Counted from the first letter of the stretch, positions 20,664 through 30,666 are shown. The stretch is 64,000 bases of DNA from a bacterium (GCA_030427825.1 JAUICO010000002.1:25634-89633), one strand, 5' to 3'. Numbers and translations are program-made. Notes: generated from the sequence alone by a model not told the origin.

Positions 20664-21415
20664 CAGTGTGGGGCGTGGGAATCAGGATCAGCGGAGCCGT
20701 CATCACCGTGTACGTGCGCGTGGTCTTCGTGGTTATCCTCGTTTTCACGACCGAGTAGCCCCTCGATGGCCTCGATCTCACTGCGAAGTGTCTCGGCGTT
20801 AAAACCACCGTAGAGCGAGAACTCCGGATCGAGCTCAAGGACGCGAACAAATGCGTCGCGCGCCTGCGGTAGCACCGAGATGTCGTCGCCGCTGCGCTGG
20901 CCGTAGCAGAAGCCCAGTACGAAGTGCCCGAAGGGGTCGTCGGGGAGGCCTCGGACTGCCAGCTCGGCCTGTTCGAGAGCCTCGGTGTCCATTCCGAGCC
21001 GCTGATAGAGGTACGCCAGCCGAGCGCGCAGCGGACCTGTGGGGTTCCGCTCAACCGCGGCCTTGTAGAAGTCCGCCAGCTCGAAGGTGCGACCCAGTGA
21101 GAAGAACACGAGCTCCATTTCGTGCAGCACCTCAGCGGGCGGATTTCGATCCAGGATCTCTGCGTGGCGCTGTGACACTTCGTTCAGGATCTCAAGGTAA
21201 CGGTCCTCGACGTCCTGCACCTCGTCGTCATTCGACGGAGGTCGCACAAGGTCGCCACGCCACGGCCTGCGGAAGAAGCCGCTGTGGTCGGCCTCACCGG
21301 TAGGGTAAGGCTCGGCGATTCGGTCCCGGCAGGCGGCGAACGAAAGGGCAAGGGTCGCCACGACGGTGAGCGTGATGGTCCGGGCAGGAAGAGAACACGT
21401 CATCAGGTCTCTCAT
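20663..21415 (-). CDS. TPR-like lipoprotein with His/Asp-rich tail
   Basis: Lipobox FAAC; TPR-like helices (LRARLAYLYQRLG...P.DP.GHFVLG); tail HEDHAHVH...SHAPH. Confidence 0.7.
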   Translation of the reverse strand: MRDLMTCSLPARTITLTVVATLALSFAACRDRIAEPYPTGEADHSGFFRRPWRGDLVRPPSNDDEVQDVEDRYLEILNEVSQRHAEILDRNPPAEVLHEMELVFFSLGRTFELADFYKAAVERNPTGPLRARLAYLYQRLGMDTEALEQAELAVRGLPDDPFGHFVLGFCYGQRSGDDISVLPQARDAFVRVLELDPEFSLYGGFNAETLRSEIEAIEGLLGRENEDNHEDHAHVHGDDGSADPDSHAPH

Positions 21416-21954
21416 CGCCCATCTCCTGCGGCCCGGCCATCCACGGTGTCTTCGTCCAGGCGCCACACGCCGGGGTCGGCCCCAACGCGCACAACCTGCG
21501 AAAGCAGCTCGGCCATGCTGCGCTGCAGCACGGGGTGTACCCAGTCGGGTCGGAGTTCTGTGGCAGGCAGCAACACGAAGGCGCGTTCGTGCATCCGTGG
21601 GTGCGGAATCGTCAAGCCGTCTTCGACCACGACTCGCGGCCCCGCCGCGACGATGTCCAGGTCCAGCGTTCTGGCGCCGAAGCGGTGCTCGGGATCGCGC
21701 ATTCGTCCGTGTTCGCGTTCAATCCGCATCAGCTCTGCCAGGACTTCGGCCGGCTGCAGGGCGCTGCGGATCTCGATCACGGTGTTCAGGTAGGGCGGCT
21801 GGTCATCGTCGTACATCGGCGCGGACTCGTAGATCGGCGCCATCCGGGCTCCCGGAAAGCGCGCGCTGAGGCTCTCGTATGCTGATCGGATCGCGGCGTG
21901 TCGGTCTCCGAGATTCGCGCCCACGCCGAGCAGGTATGTTGTCGATTCAGCCAA
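21412..21954 (-). CDS. folK: 2-amino-4-hydroxy-6-hydroxymethyldihydropteridine pyrophosphokinase
   Basis: LGVGANLGDR, YES.P, YLN.V, RTLDLDI and IPHPRMHERAFVLLP motifs. Confidence 0.95.
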   Translation of the reverse strand: MAESTTYLLGVGANLGDRHAAIRSAYESLSARFPGARMAPIYESAPMYDDDQPPYLNTVIEIRSALQPAEVLAELMRIEREHGRMRDPEHRFGARTLDLDIVAAGPRVVVEDGLTIPHPRMHERAFVLLPATELRPDWVHPVLQRSMAELLSQVVRVGADPGVWRLDEDTVDGRAAGDGR

Positions 21955-22077
21955 GATGATCCGCGGTATCTGGGGAGGAAGTTCGCAGTGCGCTGAGGGT
22001 TCTCGCCGCAGGCGTCGTCGTTTGACGCCTCAGCGGGGACTCGTTACCTTCTTTCGGCACGGGCGCCGGGAGTTGCA

Positions 22078-22815
22078 GTGGAGCTTTCATACATCGAGTT
22101 TGACGAACGTGTGGACGCGCAACTGGCGCTTGAGAAGCGAGCGCGCAAGGGGCTTCGACGTCGCTTCGACACGCAATTCCAGCGCAGCCGCCTCTATCAC
22201 GAGCTGCATCTCGAAGGCGTCGCTGTCGCGCAGGATGACGTTGAACGAGCTCTGAAGGGTAAAGAGGGGACTGACTACTGTGACGGTGTGCTCCTCGATC
22301 GTGTCCGATGTTTCGACGCCGCGTGGCGCCGAATGGAGGAGGCCCCGGACGCACCCCTCACGATGGAAGTGCTGAAGGAGTACCACACCCTGCTCAATGG
22401 CGCCGAGGACGAGAAGTGTTTGCGCAACAGCGCAGGCGCTACCGAGCAGTATAAGCACGAGGTCGTGGACCCCGAGGGAATCGCCGCATCGGTTGAAGAG
22501 GCGTTGGCGCTGGTCGAAAAGAACAGTCACACGCGGCACCCGATCGAGGCCGCAATCGATCTGCATTTCGCGTTGATTCGCGCCTGGCCTTTCGATACCT
22601 GGAGCGCGGCGATCGCGCGGCTTGCGGCCAACAGGGTACTGCTGCGAAACGAGATCTTTCCTGTAATCATCGCCGCGGATCTGCGGCAGCAATACTACCA
22701 GGCGATGCACTACGACCATACGCGGTTGCGCGACCTCTACATTGAGGCCCTACAATCTCAGCTGGACCTTCGAGAGCGCTTCTTCGGTGCGCCGCGAGCG
22801 GCCGCGCGAGCGTAA
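22078..22815 (+). CDS. Fic-domain protein with degenerate active site
   Basis: YHELHLEG helix, LKEYHTLL and HPIEAAIDLH, with WPFDTWSAAIARLAAN in place of HPFxDGNGRxxR. Confidence 0.75.
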   Translation: MELSYIEFDERVDAQLALEKRARKGLRRRFDTQFQRSRLYHELHLEGVAVAQDDVERALKGKEGTDYCDGVLLDRVRCFDAAWRRMEEAPDAPLTMEVLKEYHTLLNGAEDEKCLRNSAGATEQYKHEVVDPEGIAASVEEALALVEKNSHTRHPIEAAIDLHFALIRAWPFDTWSAAIARLAANRVLLRNEIFPVIIAADLRQQYYQAMHYDHTRLRDLYIEALQSQLDLRERFFGAPRAAARA

Positions 22816-22983
22816 GCGGGGCGCCATGCGGGAGCGAATCCCGCCCCGAATCTGCGGCGATCGAAGCCGGACCCGAGTGAACAGTTTCGGGGTCAGATCG
22901 TCGTTGGTAGCAACTGAGTTCTGGATTCCGGCATGATCGTGACTAAGCTGGTGACGCTGGCAAGCACCCATAAGGACGCAGAA

Positions 22984-23655
22984 ATGACCAAATCTTCGAT
23001 GCGCACGGACCGAGTCAATACATGGCGAGGCGAACCGGGCGACGCGATAGAGTTTGCTTCAGGGCTTGAAGTCTCTGTTTTCGCCCGGGCTCAGCTGCCT
23101 ACGCGGCACGGCCAGTTCGAGATCGTGGCTTTTCACAACAACCACGACGCGAAGGACCATGTCGCCTTCGTAAAGGGCGACGTGGTCCGCGGCGAAGGCG
23201 TACGTCTTCGTGTGCACTCTGAGTGCCTCACCGGTGACGTGTTCGGTTCCATCAAGTGTGACTGTCGAGCCCAGCTTGATCGCGCGATCGATGAGCTCGC
23301 GAACCACGAGTCCGGCGTCATCCTATATATGCGGCAGGAAGGCCGTGGCATCGGACTGGCGAACAAGATTAAGGCCTACAGTCTGCAGGATCAGGGCCTC
23401 GACACTGTAGAGGCCAATCTACATCTTGGTTTCGACGACGACCTCCGCGAGTACGACGTCGCCGCTGCGATGGTTCATCTACTCGGCATCGAATCGATCG
23501 AGCTGATGACGAACAATCCGAAGAAGGTGCTCGGACTGAAGCGACACGGCGTCAACGTTCGGGATCGCCGGGCAATACGCACGGCGCCGACGGACTACAA
23601 CGTCGACTATCTGAGGACCAAGCAGGCAAAGTCGGGTCATCTGCTCGATTTCTGA
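22984..23655 (+). CDS. ribA: GTP cyclohydrolase II
   Basis: LPTRHG, RVHSECLTGDVFGS.KCDC, QEGRGIGL.NK and MTNNP.K motifs. Confidence 0.96.
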   Translation: MTKSSMRTDRVNTWRGEPGDAIEFASGLEVSVFARAQLPTRHGQFEIVAFHNNHDAKDHVAFVKGDVVRGEGVRLRVHSECLTGDVFGSIKCDCRAQLDRAIDELANHESGVILYMRQEGRGIGLANKIKAYSLQDQGLDTVEANLHLGFDDDLREYDVAAAMVHLLGIESIELMTNNPKKVLGLKRHGVNVRDRRAIRTAPTDYNVDYLRTKQAKSGHLLDF

Positions 23656-23682
23656 ACCCGTGTGTCGACGGGTCTGACCGGC

Positions 23683-25365
23683 TCAGACGATGTGCACGAC
23701 CGCGTCGATGACGGGTTTTCGTCCGGTCTCGTTCTTGAAAAGACGTCGCAGCGCGACTCGTATCGCCTCAGCGCAGAGTGCGCTGTCTGTACGAGCGGTG
23801 CGATTCAGAGCCCGGATCGCGTCGGAGGCTGCGTGGCGGGCATCGGCCAGAATCTCCCGTCCGTCTTCGTCTTCTTCGAGGACTCCGCGGTGCAGCACGA
23901 TGGGCTTGGCCAGAATCTTGCCCGAACGGCGGCTGATCACGACCGACACGGTCACAGAGCCTGAGCGGGCGAGCTGACGCCGTTGTCGGAAGGCTTCCCC
24001 GTCGAAAGCGCTCAGGGGGCTGCCGTCGACCAGAATGCGCGCCGTTTCGATCTCAGCGATGCGGCGGGTGTGCTCCGCTGTAAACTCCAGCATTTCGCCG
24101 TTCTCGAGCACATGCGCCCTGGCGCCTGCTTCGGCGCCGAGCCGGGCGTGCTCGGTGAGAAAGCGGTGGTCGCCATGGACGGGGACGAGCTCGGCAGGCT
24201 GCACGAAGGAGAGCATCTCCCGCAGCTCGTCGGCCTTCGCGTGACCCGAGCAGTGCACCGGATGCGTGACCGGCGTGATCACGCGCATGCCGCGGCGGGA
24301 GAGCTGATCGTAGATGCGAAAGCGATACTGCTCATTGCCGGGGATGATGCGCGCGCTGAAGACGATGGTGTCGTCGTCTTTGAGCTTTGCATGGGGGAAC
24401 TCGTCGAAGGCGAGACGGCTGAGAGCGGCGCGCGGCTCGCCCTGGGTACCCGTGCAACACGCGATGATGCGGTCATTCGGGTAGTCGTCCATCTCGCTGG
24501 TATCGACGATCAGGTCGTTTCGCCCGACCCTGAGCAGGCCCATGTCGCGGGCGATGCGCACGGCGTTGCGCAGACTGCGTCCCATGAAGGCGACGTGCCG
24601 CCCGGTCTCGACGCCGATGTTGAGGAGCGCCTGCACGCGGTGCAGGTTGCTGCTGAACATGCCCACAAGGACCCTTCCCTCGGCTTCGCTGACGACCTCG
24701 GCGAGGGCCTCCATCGCGTCCGACTCGGAGCGTGTGCGCCCGGGAACCTGCGAGTTTGTGGAGTCGGAGAAGAGGGCACGTACGCCCTCGGCACCGATCG
24801 CACGGAAGGGCTCAGCGTCAAAGGCCGGGCCCAGCAGCGGACGGTCGTCGATCTTGAAATCGGCGGTGTGCAGGAATGTGCCGACTTCGGTGTCGATACG
24901 CACTGCGAAGGTGTCCGGCACGCTGTGGGTCACGGGCACGAAGCTGAGGTCGAAGGTCTTCAGCTCGATGTGGCTGTGCTCGTCGTATTCGATCAGGTCC
25001 ACGTCATCTTCGAGGCCGCGTTCTGCCAGCGAGCGCCGGATCAGAGCGGCGGCGAAGCGCGGCGCGTACACCGGCACGTCGTACATTTCGCAGAACCAGG
25101 GGACCGCGCCGATGTGGTCCATATGCCCGTGCGTGACCACGAGCGCGTCGACACGGTTGATGATCTCGTCGATGATCTCGAAGTCCGGGATGATGACGTC
25201 GATCCCGTAGTGGTGACTTTCGGGAAAGGTCACCCCGCACTCGAACATGATGTAGCGCCCGTCCGCCTCGAAGAGCGCGCAGTTCATTCCTACCTCGCCG
25301 AGCCCTCCGAGGGCGACGAAACGAAAGTAGGGCTCATCAAGGGCCTCTGGAAATACGTGTCTCAG
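23683..25365 (-). CDS. rnj: Ribonuclease J (start anomalous: CTG at 25365 or a 1-nt frameshift near 25332)
   Basis: RFVALGGLGEVGMN, THGHMDHIG, DFKID, DSTN, FSSNLHR, GTQGEP, IPGNE, SGH and PVHG motifs. Confidence 0.93.
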   Translation of the reverse strand: MRHVFPEALDEPYFRFVALGGLGEVGMNCALFEADGRYIMFECGVTFPESHHYGIDVIIPDFEIIDEIINRVDALVVTHGHMDHIGAVPWFCEMYDVPVYAPRFAAALIRRSLAERGLEDDVDLIEYDEHSHIELKTFDLSFVPVTHSVPDTFAVRIDTEVGTFLHTADFKIDDRPLLGPAFDAEPFRAIGAEGVRALFSDSTNSQVPGRTRSESDAMEALAEVVSEAEGRVLVGMFSSNLHRVQALLNIGVETGRHVAFMGRSLRNAVRIARDMGLLRVGRNDLIVDTSEMDDYPNDRIIACCTGTQGEPRAALSRLAFDEFPHAKLKDDDTIVFSARIIPGNEQYRFRIYDQLSRRGMRVITPVTHPVHCSGHAKADELREMLSFVQPAELVPVHGDHRFLTEHARLGAEAGARAHVLENGEMLEFTAEHTRRIAEIETARILVDGSPLSAFDGEAFRQRRQLARSGSVTVSVVISRRSGKILAKPIVLHRGVLEEDEDGREILADARHAASDAIRALNRTARTDSALCAEAIRVALRRLFKNETGRKPVIDAVVHIV

Positions 25366-25670
25366 AGGTACTTACGCGAGTCGCCCGCCTGATGGACGGC
25401 TTCGGTGACGCGACCTTTCAGCCGCGATTTCTTCCGGTATCCACCCTCTTCGAGCAGCTGGAGTCGCTTCTTTCGGGCTTCAGCGCTGTTCGTGAGGTCG
25501 GCGCCGAACTCTTCGATCAGCGCGGCTTCAATGTGCTGCGGGATGTCGATATTCGAAGCCTTGTACGCCTCGCAGATCGGACACTCCATCGACGGCTGGC
25601 CGCCCTTGAGCGTGAAGCCGCAGCTGCCGCAGCACCAGATCAACGATTGCATGTACACACCAGCCTTCAT
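25362..25670 (-). CDS. Small rubredoxin-like / zinc-ribbon protein
   Basis: WCCGSCG...CPIC two-knuckle motif. GGAG RBS before ATG 25670. Confidence 0.72.
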   Translation of the reverse strand: MKAGVYMQSLIWCCGSCGFTLKGGQPSMECPICEAYKASNIDIPQHIEAALIEEFGADLTNSAEARKKRLQLLEEGGYRKKSRLKGRVTEAVHQAGDSRKYL

Positions 25671-25993
25671 CAACGACTCCACTCGCAACCCTGAAGATGG
25701 GCGTGTCGATAAACGAGACCTGTAGCGCAGACAAGGGGCGCGAGGGCCATATCGACGCGATTCTGCGTAATTCCGGCGGGGAGATGCGAGACTCCGTCTC
25801 GCGCTCTGCCAAAGGGATGTTCGCCTGCGGCGACCACCGCTACCGCCCTCTTCGCCTTGCCGCCGGCAACGCTCTTCGGTTGCTCCTTTGGAATCCCGGC
25901 GGAAAGCTGCGCTTTCCTTTAGGCGGTGGATTCTTCGATTGGTGACGATCACACTCGTTCGCGAGCCTGGCGTTACTGCAGGCTCAGGTGATC

Positions 25994-26863
25994 TCAGACC
26001 CGCTTGATGTAGCGATTCAGCAGTAGGCCGGTTCGCTCCCACTCTGAGTCCGGAATCACGTCCGGCCGCGTCATGATCGCGTGCTCAAGGGCGCGCGACG
26101 CTTCGCATTCCTCTTCCTGACCGACGGGGATCATCGGAATCACACGGCGCAACAGCTCCTGCACGTTAGCGGTGTTTGCGCCGACATTTGCCATCACGTC
26201 GTGCACGTCGACGTGGTCGTCGTCGCGCCACACGTCATAGTCCGTGGCCAGGCAGACGCCGCCGTAGCACATCTCGGCCTCACGACAGAGTTTGGCTTCG
26301 GGGACTGCCGTCATTCCTATCAGGCTGGCGCCCCAGGAGCGGTGCAGATTCGATTCTGCGCGGGTGCTGAAGAGCGGCCCCTCCATGCAGACGTAGGTGC
26401 CGCCGTCGTGTGTTTTCACGTCGAGGCCGGCCGCCGCTTCGAGAAGCAGCTTTCGCATATCCGGGTGGTACGGGAACGAAAAGCCGGCGTGCACAGCGAT
26501 CTCGTCGAAGAAGGTGTTTACGCGGCTGCGGGTGCGGTCGATGATCTGATCGGGGATCACGAAGTCGCGCGGCACAATTTCTTCACGAAGCGAACCGACG
26601 GCGGTCACAGCGATGGTCCAGAACACCCCCAGGGACTTGAGCGCCCAGATGTTTGCGCGCACCGGGATCTCGGTCGGGTTGTACCGGTGCCCGCGTCCGT
26701 GGCGCGGCAGGAAGGCGATTTTGCGGCCGGCGAGCCTGCCGATGATGATGGCGTCTGAGGGGGCCCCGAAGGGCGTGTCGATTACGCGCTCTTCGATGAC
26801 CTCGAGGTCATTCATCCCGTAGAGCCCGCTGCCGCCGATTACGCCGATCTTGATCTCATCCAT
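25994..26863 (-). CDS. mtnP: S-methyl-5'-thioadenosine phosphorylase
   Basis: IGGSGLY, TPFGAPS, RHGRGH, EGPLFSTRAES, GMT..PE and TDYD motifs. Confidence 0.95.
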   Translation of the reverse strand: MDEIKIGVIGGSGLYGMNDLEVIEERVIDTPFGAPSDAIIIGRLAGRKIAFLPRHGRGHRYNPTEIPVRANIWALKSLGVFWTIAVTAVGSLREEIVPRDFVIPDQIIDRTRSRVNTFFDEIAVHAGFSFPYHPDMRKLLLEAAAGLDVKTHDGGTYVCMEGPLFSTRAESNLHRSWGASLIGMTAVPEAKLCREAEMCYGGVCLATDYDVWRDDDHVDVHDVMANVGANTANVQELLRRVIPMIPVGQEEECEASRALEHAIMTRPDVIPDSEWERTGLLLNRYIKRV

Positions 26864-27110
26864 CGCCCGTCTTCTCCGTGTCGTTGGGAACGCCGGGGCG
26901 AATAGCGTGGCCTCAGATCGGCGTACAGAGTCTATTGCGGCGGCCTCACAGAGGACTTACAATTCAGGGGTGAATTCGGGCTGCGGTGTTCGTCGCATCC
27001 ACGGAATTTGTCCCGCCCTTTATTTCTCCGAAAGGGGGCCGAGGTGTCTGGTCTGGTGAGCATGCCCACCGTTGTAGTGGGACGCCTAAAGGGCCGCCGA
27101 CGCTCCCACC

Positions 27111-30053
27111 TTACATGAGTAAGGTCGGGTCATTCCGAATAACCGACGGCACTTGCGGCTCGTTTTCCGTTTTTGCGGCGGCTCCGGCTGCCGAGCGGAC
27201 GGCATTTCGGTGCGCCAGCACTTCCTCTGCGGTACGTGTTGCCGGGGCAGATCCTTCGCCGACCGTGATCGGATCGACATCGCCGTCGTCAGTGCGTAGC
27301 ACACCGGCCAGGCGTGCCATCGCCAGCGGCTCGGGCAGGTTGTCGCCGCCGAGGACCGCCGCGGCGGCCTCCTGCGGCTTGAGCGTTGCCTCGTTGTCGA
27401 AGCGAATCCGAAGGCGAAGACCGACCAGGGTCGGGTCAATGCCGGCCCAGTCGGGGAGCTCTGCGGCGTCAAAGGGAGACACCGAGAGCAGCACCTCACG
27501 CAGGTCCAGTGTGCGCGACTTCTTCTTGCGCAGAATCGTTACCGGAACGCTGTCCGTCGCGGCGATCGTTTCGATGCGTTCCTTCACCCGCGCCCGTAGC
27601 ACGGTCATCTCAGTGGTGCCGGCCCACGCGAGCAGGTCGGAGCGCTCCCAGAGCACGGCGTAGTCAAAGGCGTTGATGCTATGGCTCAGGGCCGTCAGCG
27701 CTCCGTTCAGGCGACGGACACCGGTGACGATGAAGCCGTCTGCTGCGGCCGCGTTGAGTCCTTCGAGCAGAACCTGCGCCTCGACCTCCTCACAGAGCGC
27801 GACGTCGACGTACTCACCGAGCGCGATCGTACCCAGTGAAAGCGCGGTTCCAAACATCATGACGGGCTTGGGCGAGAACCCCTGGCTGTACCAGGGCTCG
27901 TATCCCGCGCGTCGCAGCATGCGGGGCACGACACGCACCATGTCCAGATGGCCACGCAGGGCAACGGCGCCGGTGCGCGCGTATCGCAGACGGTAGAAGC
28001 GCTTTTCGCCCTGGTCGAAGTCGTGAGGCGAGAGCCCCTGCTTCATTCGTTCTTTCGCCGTCGCAACCACGGTGCGCCTTTCGTCACGCTGCGGCGGTCG
28101 CTCGGCCCCCATCTTTTCGAGAAAGTCCAAGCGTTCCTGACGCATCCCGCTCATGTCGCAGGCGATGCCGCAATTGTAGCACACAAGTTTGCGGGCGTCG
28201 GCGTTGGCATCCTCAAGATTTGTGTGGTGCACTTTCGCACCCACCGGCTTGCCGCAGGGGGGACTGAGCCGGCTCTTCACAGCGCGCTGGTATTCGCGCC
28301 GCAGAAATCCGTCTTTGAGTCCCACGTCGATGTGGTCCCATGGCAGCTTTCCGTCGACCGGCAGGGTGTCGAGAAATACGCGTCGTTCGATGCCCTCTGC
28401 TTCTTCCCACTCGTCGAGGGCTGCGTACCAGGCGTCCTTGTTCAGCTTCTCATCCCAGCTGTCGAAGCGTGCGCCCTTGCGCCAGGCCAGCTCGATCAGG
28501 TCACCGACCCGGCGGTCACCGCGCGCGATGATACCTTCGAGGTGCGACACGTGCATGTCATGGCGCCTGAACGCGAAGCCGTCCTTGCGCGACCGGAAGA
28601 GAAGGAATCGTTGTTTGCGATCGATCTCTTCCTTGGTGTCCATCCGAGCCCACTGGAAGGGCGTGTGTGGTTTGGGCACGTGACTTGATACCGACACAGT
28701 CACTTTCGTGGCGCCGGAGTACTTGCGTCCGATGCGCAGCGCCTGCAGGCCCATCTCGGCGACGCCTTCGACGTCTTCGTCCTCCTCGGTCGGCAGCCCG
28801 ATGATGAAGTAGAGCTTCATTCGTCGCCATCCGCGTGAGAACACACGGTGACACGTCGTGAAGATGTCTTCTTCGCTGATGTTCTTGTTGATAACATCGC
28901 GCATTCGCTGGGTGCCGGCTTCCGGGGCAAAGGTGAGCCCGGTCGCCTTCACGCTCTGAATGTCATCCAACAGGTCTTCGTCGAGTCCATACGCGCGCAG
29001 GCTCGAGATCCCGAGTGACACCTTGCGCTCACGCAGCTCGTCCATGAGCTGTTTGACCAGCGGCGACACACACGAGAAGTCTGCTGTTGAGAGCGCGGTG
29101 AGCGAGGCCTCGTCGTAGCCGCCGGTGTCCACCGCCGAGAGTACGGTGTCGATGATTTGTTTGGGATCGCGCTCGCGCACAGGGCGGTAGATCATCCCGG
29201 CCTGGCAGAATCGGCACCCTTCGGTACAGCCCCGCGCGATCTCCACGGACATGCGATCGAAGATCGCTTCGGCGACGGCCACCGGCGAGTCGCTGGGGAA
29301 AGCAAACTTGTTGATGTCATCCAGCAGCACGCGCTCGACTCGAGCGGGGACGCGCGCATCGACGGTACCGTCGACATACATCAGGTCAGACCGTTCGCAC
29401 TTTGCAGTGGTGTAGAGCGAGGGACAATAGACGCCGCCACCGGCTGCAAGCTCGATCAGGATCTCCTTTCGGCTGCGACCACCCTCAGCTTTCAGTTCTG
29501 CGTATTGCGTCAGCAGCTGCGGCAGGCGCTCCTCGGCGTCACCGATCAGGAAGGCGTCGATGAAAGGCGCGATCGGCTCCGGGTGCGTACACGTCGGACC
29601 GCCGGCCATGATCAACGGGTCATCCAGGCTGCGGTCATCGGTACGCAGGGGAATCCCGCCGAGATCGAGCATCGTCAGAACATTCGTGAAGGTCATCTCG
29701 TACTGCAGCGAGAAGCCCACAACGTCGAAGTCCTTCAGCGATCGGTGGTTTTCCAGACTGAGCAACGGCAGGTTTCTGGCGCGCAGCTCTTCCTCCATGT
29801 CCGGCCAGGGGCAGAACACGCGTTCCATGAGAAGGTGCTCGTGATTGTTGATCACGGAGTAGAGGATCTTGGTCCCCATGTGGCTCATCCCGATGTCGTA
29901 GAGATCGGGAAAGCCCATGCAGAAGCGGCAGTCGACGGAGTCCCAGGCCTTGCGAACCTGGTTGTATTCGCCGCCGAGGTAACGCGCCGGCTTCTGCACC
30001 CCTTTTACGAAGGAGGCATAGGGGTGGATATAGTTCTGCTCGGAGATCGTCAT
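27111..30053 (-). CDS. TIGR03960-type B12-binding radical SAM protein fused to a TIGR03936/DUF2344-type domain
   Basis: KPARYLGGE, FPDLYDIGMS, RGCTEGCRFC, TFAPEAG and PKPHTPFQW; C-terminal HLD...RRAG...YSQGFSPKP. Confidence 0.9.
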   Translation of the reverse strand: MTISEQNYIHPYASFVKGVQKPARYLGGEYNQVRKAWDSVDCRFCMGFPDLYDIGMSHMGTKILYSVINNHEHLLMERVFCPWPDMEEELRARNLPLLSLENHRSLKDFDVVGFSLQYEMTFTNVLTMLDLGGIPLRTDDRSLDDPLIMAGGPTCTHPEPIAPFIDAFLIGDAEERLPQLLTQYAELKAEGGRSRKEILIELAAGGGVYCPSLYTTAKCERSDLMYVDGTVDARVPARVERVLLDDINKFAFPSDSPVAVAEAIFDRMSVEIARGCTEGCRFCQAGMIYRPVRERDPKQIIDTVLSAVDTGGYDEASLTALSTADFSCVSPLVKQLMDELRERKVSLGISSLRAYGLDEDLLDDIQSVKATGLTFAPEAGTQRMRDVINKNISEEDIFTTCHRVFSRGWRRMKLYFIIGLPTEEDEDVEGVAEMGLQALRIGRKYSGATKVTVSVSSHVPKPHTPFQWARMDTKEEIDRKQRFLLFRSRKDGFAFRRHDMHVSHLEGIIARGDRRVGDLIELAWRKGARFDSWDEKLNKDAWYAALDEWEEAEGIERRVFLDTLPVDGKLPWDHIDVGLKDGFLRREYQRAVKSRLSPPCGKPVGAKVHHTNLEDANADARKLVCYNCGIACDMSGMRQERLDFLEKMGAERPPQRDERRTVVATAKERMKQGLSPHDFDQGEKRFYRLRYARTGAVALRGHLDMVRVVPRMLRRAGYEPWYSQGFSPKPVMMFGTALSLGTIALGEYVDVALCEEVEAQVLLEGLNAAAADGFIVTGVRRLNGALTALSHSINAFDYAVLWERSDLLAWAGTTEMTVLRARVKERIETIAATDSVPVTILRKKKSRTLDLREVLLSVSPFDAAELPDWAGIDPTLVGLRLRIRFDNEATLKPQEAAAAVLGGDNLPEPLAMARLAGVLRTDDGDVDPITVGEGSAPATRTAEEVLAHRNAVRSAAGAAAKTENEPQVPSVIRNDPTLLM

Positions 30054-30123
30054 CGAAACTCATTCGCGGTTGCCGAAGGACAGACCCTTACAGCACAGCC
30101 GGCGAAGCGAGGCAAACGAAGAC

Positions 30124-30597
30124 CTACGCTGAGGGCTTCCACTTTGGGTTCAGCACGCGAAAGCCGGCCGGCGTCAGGGTGTTCATCTGCAGGTCGCTGA
30201 TTCGAACCCCCTGGCCGAGAAAGCGCAGACTGTTGTCCGGGCTCAGCTGCGCCGGAAAAATCAGCGCCTCAGCATTCGGTGTGTAGGACAGGTGCACGAG
30301 CAGCGTCTCTGGAAGACGGTTTCCATTGCCGATGAGAAGGTCCTCGCCGAGTCGATAGTAGCCCTGATTTCGTAGCGGAATCAGGCTCGCACACCAGCCT
30401 TCGTCGTTGACGAGGGCGCCGTTGCGGCCAAACTCCCAGCGGTTGTTGCGCAGTGTCGTAGGTGCAATGACCAGCGGCGGGCCCTGCTTGGAGCTGGGGT
30501 GAAACAGCACCAGGCGTCCTGCCGGCACGTCGCCATTCTTCGCCTTGAAGGTGAACGCGGTTCGGTACAGGCCACGGGGCGGTAGCAGAGCGCTCAC
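30124..30597 (-). CDS. Hypothetical protein
   Basis: AGGA RBS with GTG start, plausible globular composition, co-oriented with neighbours. Confidence 0.65.
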   Translation of the reverse strand: MSALLPPRGLYRTAFTFKAKNGDVPAGRLVLFHPSSKQGPPLVIAPTTLRNNRWEFGRNGALVNDEGWCASLIPLRNQGYYRLGEDLLIGNGNRLPETLLVHLSYTPNAEALIFPAQLSPDNSLRFLGQGVRISDLQMNTLTPAGFRVLNPKWKPSA

Positions 30598-30666
30598 GAG
30601 TCCTGCTCCACCTGCTGTAGAACACGCTCTGCGGGGTGTGCGACGCGCTTGTTCACCGGCTCTGCC

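Noticed and set aside
22816-22983. Possible FMN riboswitch upstream of ribA
   Set aside because: There are hairpins and a TCTGGAT, but the conserved RFN core (GGGCAGGGTGAAATTCCCGACCG) is absent
26864-27110. Possible SAM riboswitch upstream of mtnP
   Set aside because: No SAM-I/II consensus elements recognisable
27111-30053. Radical SAM + DUF2344 fusion as a novelty
   Set aside because: This fusion is already known in deltaproteobacterial and cyanobacterial lineages
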